Below are positions 52,794 through 64,000 of a DNA stretch of 64,000 bases, piece after piece. The number at the start of each line of letters is the position of its first letter. Position 1 is the stretch's first letter. Source of the DNA: Squalus acanthias (Eukaryota); the NCBI GenBank assembly GCA_030390025.1, contig CM059432.1, forward strand, positions 38,752,001 through 38,816,000, written 5' to 3'. The notes below the pieces were generated by a model that was given only the letters and a program-made list of their open reading frames with translations, had not been told where the DNA came from and did no database searches. A program made the position numbers and the translations under genes.

Positions 52794-55458
52794 CTGATAA
52801 AGACACATTTTATTAGTGTGACTGTACCACAAAACAGAAAGCCCCTCCATCCCCCAAAACAAAAATGCATCATAACTTACTGGAAATCATTCTAAATAGC
52901 ATCTTATTATTTATTGCAATAGCTTTAATACTGTAATGTGACACAACTCGCAGGAGAGTAACTTTAGGGGAATCATCTAGGCAATAGCGATCACAACATA
53001 AGGTTTAAGATAAAGATTGAGAAGGACATAAGACAGACAAGACCAAAGTAATGAATTGAAAAAAATAGATTTTAAGGGGATGGGAATGGAACTAGGGAAA
53101 ATAAACTGGAAAAATTTACCGACAAAGAAATAGAGCAGTAGTGGAAAACATTTAAAACTGTGATAAATAGAGTGTCCAGGAGAAATATATCGCTCTAAAA
53201 AACAAGAACAAACTAGCCAGCATGGATGAATAGGATGAACAAAGAAATAAGGGCAAAATTAAAACTGAAGAAAAGGCATACATTAAGTAAATGGACAACA
53301 AAGGAGGATAACCAAAGGGACTAGGAAAAGGTTAGGAAAGTTTTTTTTTAAAATTAGGAAGGCAAAGAGAAACTACAAAATTAAATTATTAATGAATATA
53401 AAAAGAAATAGTAAAGTATTCGACAAAGACATAAATTACAAAAGAAAATTCAGGATAGGGATAGGGCCACTAATGGATACAAACCATAAACTCACAGGTA
53501 ATGACAGCAAAATGGCAGAAATATTAAATAATTACTTTGCCTTGGTATTTACCAGGAAAAGTAACATGGTGGACATGACATTAGAAGAAGAGATCAAAAA
53601 AAAAAAAATATATATATATATTATATATATATATATATATTTTATTTTATTCACGGGATTTGGACGTCGTCGGCAAGGCCAGCATTTATTGCCCATCCCT
53701 AATTGCTCTCAAGAAGGTGGTGGTGAGCCGCCTTCTTGAATACCAATACTGGGCCATTTCAGAGGGCAGTTAAGAGTCAACCACAATGCTGTGGGTCTGG
53801 AGTCACATACAGGCCAGACCAGGTAAGGATGGCAGATTTCCTTCCCTAAAGAACAATAGTGAACCAGATGTGTTTTTACAACAATCCGATAGTTGATGTT
53901 GTGTACATGGACTTTCAAAAAGCATTTAGTAAAGTACTACATACTAGGCTGGTTAGCAAAATTGAAGCCCATGGGAATAAAAGGGGCAGTAGCAACACAG
54001 ATACAAAATTGGCTAAGAAAACAGAGTTGTGGTGATTGGGTGCTTTTCAGACTGGAGGGAGGTATACCCAAGGTTCAGTAAGAAGACCAACGTTCTCTAT
54101 AAGCTGCGCAGCCTCGCAGCTCTCTGCCGGTCCCGCACAGCCGTTTTTGATATACCTTAATGACTTAGACTTGGGGGTACAGGGCACAATTTCAAAATTT
54201 GCAGGTGACACGAAACTTGGAAGTGTAGTAAAGAGTGAGGAAGATAGTAATAGACTTCAAGAAGACATAGACAGGCTGGTGGAATGGGCGGACACATGGC
54301 AGATGAAATTCAACAGAGAAGTGTGAGTCGATACAGTTTGGTAGGAAGAATGAGGAGACCCCATACACACTAAATGGTACAATTTTAAAGGGGGTGCAAG
54401 AACGGAGACACCTGGGGTGCTTGTGCACAAATCTTTGAAGGTGGCAGGACAGGCTAACAAATAGTTAATAAAGCATATGGGATCCTGGGCTTTATAAATA
54501 GAGGCACAGAGTACAAAAGCCAGGAAGTTATGCTAAACCTGTATAAAACACTAGTTCGGCCCCAGCTGAAGTATTGTGTCCAATTCTGAGCACCACACTT
54601 TAGGAAGGACGTGAAGGCTTTGGAGAGGGTACAGAAGAGATTTACTAGAATAGTTCCAGGGATGAGGGACTACAGTTACGTGGATAGACTCCTTGGAGCA
54701 GAGAAGGCTAAGAGGAGATTTGATAGAGGTGTTTAAAATCATGAAGGATTTAGATAGAGTAAATAAAGAGAAACTGTTTCCAATGGCTGATGGATCGATA
54801 ACGAGAGGACACAGATTTAATGTGATTGGCAAAAGAACCAGAGGCGACATGAGGAAAAACTTTTTTACGCAACGAGTGGTTAGGATTTGGAATGCACTGC
54901 CCGATAGGATGGTGAAACAGATTCAATAGTAGCCTTCAAAAGGGAATTAGATAAATACTTGGAGAAAAAATTGCAGGTATCTGGGGAAAGAGTGGGACTA
55001 ACTGGTTTGCTCTTCGAAAGAGCCGGCACAGACTCGATGGGCTGAATGGCCTCCTTCTGTGCTGTACTATTCTATGATTTTATGTGGAGTCAGGGAACAA
55101 GTAGCAGAATGGATAGCAAGCTAGCTACAAAATAGAAAACAGAGAGTAGGGGTTAAAAGTAGATTAGCAAATGGTGAGAAGTGGTGTTCCACAAGAACTG
55201 GTGCTAGGACCACTGTTGTTCACCATTTACATAAACGATTTGGACTTGGGAATCATTAGTACAATTTCAAAATTTGTGGATGACACCAAATTGGAGGATG
55301 TATTTAATACAGTGGATGACTGCGACAAAATACAGAAAGACATTAATAAACCTGTAGAATAGGCGTTCAATTGGCAAATGAACTTCAATATAGATAAGTG
55401 TGAGATAGTACATTTTTGTAGGAAGAATAAGGAGGCCACATACACCTTAGAAAATAAG

Positions 55459-56007
55459 GGGGCGATTTTGCCAGCCATGGGAGGCGAGTCTGCCGGGAAA
55501 ATGGCAGAATTTGGGGACGGGTGCCCAACCCACCTCCATGCCATCTTCCTAGGAGGAGTTAGGTAGTTAACAGGCAGAAAATAGAATTATCCCCTTTTTG
55601 CCCTCACAAGTGCGGGCTTCCCGAAGGCTCCAAAACCCGCCAGGTCAGCGAGGCGAGTACTGGGTCTGCGGGGGTCGGGGTGCAAAAGTGTGCTGTGAAG
55701 GTAAGTGATGGGTGCAGGAGTGCAAAGACCTCATCAAACTACAGAGAATGTCACTGTTTGACAGTTTCACAGAGCTGTCAGACGATGACAATTCATCTGT
55801 CAAAAAATTGACAGATGAAACGTCATATGTTGACGTTCTCTGCAACCGGCTTTCCCTTAATTGGCCTGCTAAGCCCGCTGGGCGGGCTTATCAAGGTCAA
55901 TCAAGAGAAAATAGCGTGGGTTTGCCACAAATCGATGGAGGCGGGACATCGACCTGCCAAGCAGCAGTCCCGCCTCCAACGCACCCCCATTAACAAAATC
56001 GCCCCCC
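55459..56007. mobile_element. Harbinger-like MITE
   Basis: TIRs ggggcgattttg / caaaatcgcccc; TSD AAG; internally related to 10450-11307. Confidence 0.78.
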
Positions 56008-56369
56008 AAGTGTCTAAATGGGATAGAGGTGGGAAGAATGAGTCAAATCAGTTGTGACAATATAAATTTGGCCAAGTTAGAATAAAGGTAGGATGACCAC
56101 AATAAATTTGACAAAGCTAACGTGACAAAGGCCACATACTCCTACGGAAAACAAGTGTAATTGGGTAGAGGAACAGAAGGATCTGGGGGTACAGACACAC
56201 AAATAACTAAAAGTAGCAAAACAGGTTCATGAGGGCCATAAAAAGCAAACAAAGCTCTGCGGTTCATTTCTAGAGGGATAACATTGAAAAGCAGACAAGT
56301 AAAGTTAAACTTGTATAGAACCTTGGTTAGACCACACTTAGAATACTGTGAACAGTTCTGGTCTCTATA

Positions 56370-56732
56370 CAGGAAACTCTTTATTAACCGGCACCGACGG
56401 GACCGGCGTGGTGCCGGTTAATCAAAAAGTCCGGATAACGGAGAGTTATATCTCCCAACGTACGAGAGCCCCGTACACATTGACATGCGCCTGCAATCGG
56501 AGCTCCGTCTCCCCGGGGACCGCCAGCTGACCATCTGTCGTGTCCGCTGCCTACCCGGGCTGCACATTCCCCTCCCAATCTACACGCTCCGATACAAGGC
56601 AAACGCCTCGGGGTTTTTTTTAAGTTAATTTTAAACGAGAGATGAAGGAAAACCCCGGTTACCTACTCAAGAATTTTGCCGGTTAAGAGAGATTTCCGGA
56701 TATTTGGGTGCCGGTTAATAAAGAGTTTGCTG
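56370..56732. mobile_element. Tc1/mariner-type (pogo/Tigger-like) MITE
   Basis: 26-bp TIR caggaaactctttattaaccggcacc / ggtgccggttaataaagagtttgctg (1 mismatch); TA TSD. Confidence 0.88.
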
Positions 56733-57261
56733 TATTATAAAACGAATATGGAAGCCCTGGAGAAGGTGCAAAAAAGATTTACTAGAATTAAACCAGAACT
56801 GAGAGGCTATACCGATCATGAAAGATTGCAGTTTGGGGCTTTTTTCTCTAGAAAAGAGGACCAAGGGGTGACCTGATAGAGGTCTTTAAGATTATGAAAG
56901 GGTTTGATAGGGTAGACATAGAGGAGATGTTTCCACTAGTGGGCGAGACCAGAACTAGGGGCCATAAATATAAAATAGTCACTAATAAATGCAATAGGAA
57001 ATTCAGGAGAACCCCTTCTTTACCCAGAGAGTGGTGAGAATGTGGAACTCACTTCCACAAGGAATAGTTGAGGCGAATAGTATAGATTTATTTAAGGGGA
57101 AGCTAGATAAGCACTTGAGGCAGAAAGGAATAAAAGGATGCGTTGATTGGGTTAGATATAGAAGGGTGGGAGGCTCGTGTGGGGTATAAACACCAGCATG
57201 GACCGGTTTCTGTGCTGTAAATACTTTGTAATGTGGAACAAATGACAACTAAGGACACTTA

Positions 57262-59500
<2,239 letters not shown>

Positions 59501-60882
59501 ACAGGGCTGGCCATTGGGGAATTGCTTTGTCCTCTCCATGCCTCACTGAAAAGTAACTTATCCCTGCAGCCCAGCTGAGACATGGAAAAAACAGCTCAGG
59601 TGAATAAACAGGGTCTTGCCAGCATAGATCAGGAAAGCCAATTAAAAAAAAAATAATTTCCCCGAAGATGATGCTATTCCACTCCTCAATTCTGACATAA
59701 AAATGGGATTCTTCACCACAAGTAATACAAGGTTGCAGAATACTTTCTGCATGTCCAGAAACAATAATTCTAGTAGAAAATGCAAATCCACATAATATTC
59801 TCCAGTGAATAGTTCTTGGGTCTTTCACTAATTGTTTTGATGATCATTTGTAGCTGAGACAATATCTATTGAACATCTGCTCCAGTAACTGACCTGAGAA
59901 CTCAACAGTTGCAATAGACTCCACTACACTAAAGCATTGCTCCTGTCTGAATGTAACCTTGCAGGAAATGGAGTGCAAACTGTATCCGAGGAAGCTAAAC
60001 TAAAAAGGGGTTTCAGAAATGCTGCACATTACCCTTTATAATAAGCTCCCACCACCGGCGCGGTTTTTAAAAACTCAAACAATTTGAAAATTCATATGGA
60101 TTTTCTATTTTTTGCAGACATTAATATTCTTATATAAACAGATGCAGAACTTGATATTGCCTTTGCGGCATTAATTTTCCCCTCTACTCCTGAAGGAACA
60201 GACTCTTGTTGAGGTATGGTTCCATGGGTGTCAGCAGCTCACCAGAATGGCCATTCTTAATGTGCCCTAGACCAAGTGCCATCAGGCTATTCAACTGCAG
60301 AGGGAATCACAGCCATGCCAGATCACATTTTCACCGCCAAGCATGCACTTACAATAAGAGACCAGATTGTAATCAGGAGCAGGAACTTTGACTGATTTTT
60401 CCTTCCCTAGTCCAGGGACATGTGCTACAATTGTCCTCAACAACTGCAGTCCTGGCTGAAAATCAGCTAACTCAGCACAGATTGGGACAGAAACCTGGAT
60501 TATTTAACAGATTCTCCTTATTCAACCTTCATTCTCCAGATTTAATTTGTGCAGAAATCAAAATAATATAATTAGCGCGAACCATCTGCCAGCCACAGGG
60601 TCGTGAATTAAGAGCAGCAGAACATTTACTGTCACTTTGTCCCTCAGTTTGGTGGTGGGGGAGAATACCTTATTTCTATTCTGTACCTTTCCCCATCCCA
60701 AACTGACCCAGTTGAGATTGAGAACTCAATCTGTAGACTTTGTCCACAGCACAGCACCCTCGTATGTGCTTATCTTCTGGAAAGAACACAGCACTACTTC
60801 TTGTAGCTACTGTTCAAACAATGTCATCTGTAATTTGGCTAGTACAACTTAACAATTTGCATTGGCAGGTATGATTCTGTTA

Positions 60883-61050
<168 letters not shown>

Positions 61051-62807
61051 CTATTAAAAAACAAAACACAAGGAAATTACTTTAATCTTTGAAGTTATCC
61101 CTGATAAAAGACTGAAAAATAATTGGTTTATCCAGCATTCTTCACATATAATTTCAAGATCAGAGAAAAAAATAAAATGAGTTATTTTAGTAGCAGTGAA
61201 GCAGACCACTAAATAAAACAGGAACAGTTGTACAAAGACGTCATCAGTCTAGTACAAGGGATTGATTACTTGATCTGGATTTCTGTTCACGTGGTTTGAA
61301 GTCAGTTAAACAGCCAACACAATAACCAAGTTGTTGAGCTGTTATTATATACAGGTACCTAAACTAAAGGAAGACATGATAAATATTTTCAAAAAGAATC
61401 TTACTGAGAACCACACCCATTTTCTGAGATAAAAGTTCTAGCTTGTGCCAGCTTAAAATAAGAAAACTATCCTGGCACTAGATGCACAATTTGATGCTGT
61501 GGTTTTGTTAAAAGCCAATGTTTGTTCAGCATAACAAATTCTCTTCCTTCCCCTCACCATGGAAAATATAAACCTTAGGAACACATTTAATGCAATTTAT
61601 GTACAGGGCACCTAGGGGATAAGGAGTCTCTTGACCTGATACATAAGATAACTGTATGGGACAGACTGATCTTTTCCTGTCTGACGTTTTTGTATGTTCG
61701 TATGTAAAAGGAATCCAATATCTATAAAGGAAGGAGGATAAAATCCTGGAACTAGAAAATGGATCAAAAAGTATAACATTTAGAGCATTAGCCTTTTTTT
61801 TGTTTCTTCTATCCCACGCACTATCTTTCCCAATCAGCAAACAAGCATCACCCAACCCAGACTTCTCCACAAAGTTGTTAATGCTGCTCCTGGATTGAGC
61901 CAGTGGAAAGTGACTGCAGCAAGAACCACTCATCTTCCCTCCCTGCAATAATGTAGTTTTATCTTTCTCCCTAAAATTATATGGTAGAGATTGGAGAAAC
62001 TGATCTAAAATGGGAAGAAAGCTCAAATACAAAACACTCGTCATGACCAAAGCCGAACTTGGGGTCTTCTTGCTGGGAATTGATTTACATTATAACTAAC
62101 CAGCAACCTTAACCAGGAACGTCCATAGAATTACTCTTCAAAGGCTACTTATTTATGACAGAATAAGTAGGCCTGAATCCAAACTATGAAGTATCCTTCT
62201 CAGCTCCTTATGGTCAAGATTTACACACCGGATTTATGTACTTAACTTCGAGTTCTGGGCTGTTAAAGAGCAACATTATGAGGAGAAAGAAGAGCTATTT
62301 AAAAATTGTTTATCTTGCAATAATTAAAAACACTTTTTCCACACATTCTGGTTACAAGTTTAAAATGTAACCACTATTGCTATAAAAGTGCTATTGTTTG
62401 TGTTCCTCAGGCCATAACTGCATCAATGCCTATTTATTAAACTGAGTCTTGATTGACTCCAGAACATTTATTTAAGGTAGGGCACATTTGCAATTAATTT
62501 AATACTGCAAAACAACATCTACTCCACTCATCCTTGAAGTAATATTATGACCACTTGAGAATTGAACTTTGGGTCTACTGAAACAATAGAACACCTGATG
62601 TTTACAAAAATCATACAAGTCAGGAAACTTGACTAAGCATGAAGTTAAATTACGAATTTTCAAAATACAGCTGGATACAGTAAATGGGTGCATGAAGGAT
62701 GAACTTAAAATGGGGAAAATAACCTCTATACATTTTGGATTTTTCTCCTCATCTTAAAACATCAAAGAATAACTAGTGGAATGAAAAAAATTAGTTCCAG
62801 GCTTTTA

Positions 62808-63128
<321 letters not shown>

Positions 63129-63744
63129 TTATAAAAAAGGCGCATGTTCACTGATCTACAGCTTTTAGTAAATGCAATCAATCACCAAACAGCAAAATGG
63201 TTTAGAATAAGTGAACCTTGTGTGGGAAAGGAAAAGCTTAGAGTTTACTTAAAACATTTCAAAAGGGAATTTTGAATCATTTAATGACCACAGATCAGAA
63301 CTGTACACCAATATAAAAATACATTACAAAAAGACCATTGTAAATTCATTAACAAGCAATAGCTCAGAAGTTAAATTAAATTTCACAATTGGGATCACCC
63401 AGTTTGCAGTTGCGATGCCAACAGAAAACGTGGCGGAGATCTGTTATGCCAGGTAGCCTCCTATTTTGCGTCACATTCAATTTCCCATGTCAGGGATCGG
63501 TGGTTTAAGAAGTACATTTGGGGGGTAAATGCCCAACATTTCCATGTGACATGGGTGTTCAAAGTTGCTAGACAGCTGCAAGTCATGGAAAAGATTAATA
63601 TTAAGGCAACTGTATTTCAAGTGATTGATGCAAGAAGTTGAATGGACGCCAGCACCTACCAGTGGAGTGACCAGGAACCAAGCATTACAACAGTACTCAG
63701 CATGTACACCATAAGAAACTTTCGCTTTTCTTCTTAAAACTACT

Positions 63745-63940
63745 CACGAAGGCTGAGATGTTAAGTTTGCCTGCTCAGCTAGATGTAAAGGATTCCATGG
63801 CACTATTTGAAGAAGAGTGGGAAAGTTCTCAGAGTATCTTGCCTAACATTTGTTCCTCAACCAAAGCCACTAAAGCAGATTATCTGGTCATTTATTTATT
63901 GTTGTTTGTGGGACCTTGCTGTATGTAAATTGGCTGTACA
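63745..63940 (+). mobile_element. Deu-domain SINE fragment
   Basis: ggattccatggcactatttgaagaagag core. Confidence 0.7.
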
Positions 63941-64000
63941 ATAAAACTCAACTGCTTGACGAAGCTTTTGGTCACCTGTCCTAATAGCTCCTTATGTGGC

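Larger units (their letters stand above)
53050..57230 (+). mobile_element. Cluster of nested CR1 fragments (at least two copies)
   Basis: RT motifs; 3' ends at ~55080 and ~57230; interrupted by an unclassified repeat (~53600-53890) and two MITEs. Confidence 0.85.

Noticed and set aside
61526..62050. 174-aa ORF, possible L1 endonuclease remnant
   Set aside because: Only a faint motif resemblance; catalytic motifs not found

Overview
Vertebrate genomic DNA, very probably from a cartilaginous fish (shark-type HE1 and Deu-domain SINEs, abundant CR1/L2 LINEs, Penelope elements). Two genes lie on the minus strand in the conserved tandem order PTDSS1 -> SDC2. Ten coding exons of phosphatidylserine synthase 1 (equivalent to human exons 4-13, 63004 down to the stop at 21499) splice in frame with GT-AG boundaries. 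About 20 kb further along the minus strand is the 60-nt signal-peptide first coding exon of syndecan-2 (968-909) with its CpG-rich leader. Much of the rest is nested mobile DNA: CR1 (one near full length, one with an intact 561-aa ORF), L2, an Ingi/Vingi-like LINE, a Penelope element, Harbinger remnants and MITEs, a Tc1/mariner-type MITE, a solo LTR and SINEs. The most notable signals are (i) a family of minimal hammerhead ribozyme motifs in Penelope pseudo-LTRs, including short TSD-flanked non-autonomous insertions, and (ii) a candidate 117-nt poison cassette exon in PTDSS1. All calls come from reading the sequence and recalled family knowledge. No searches were run, and TE boundaries are approximate unless a TSD is stated.
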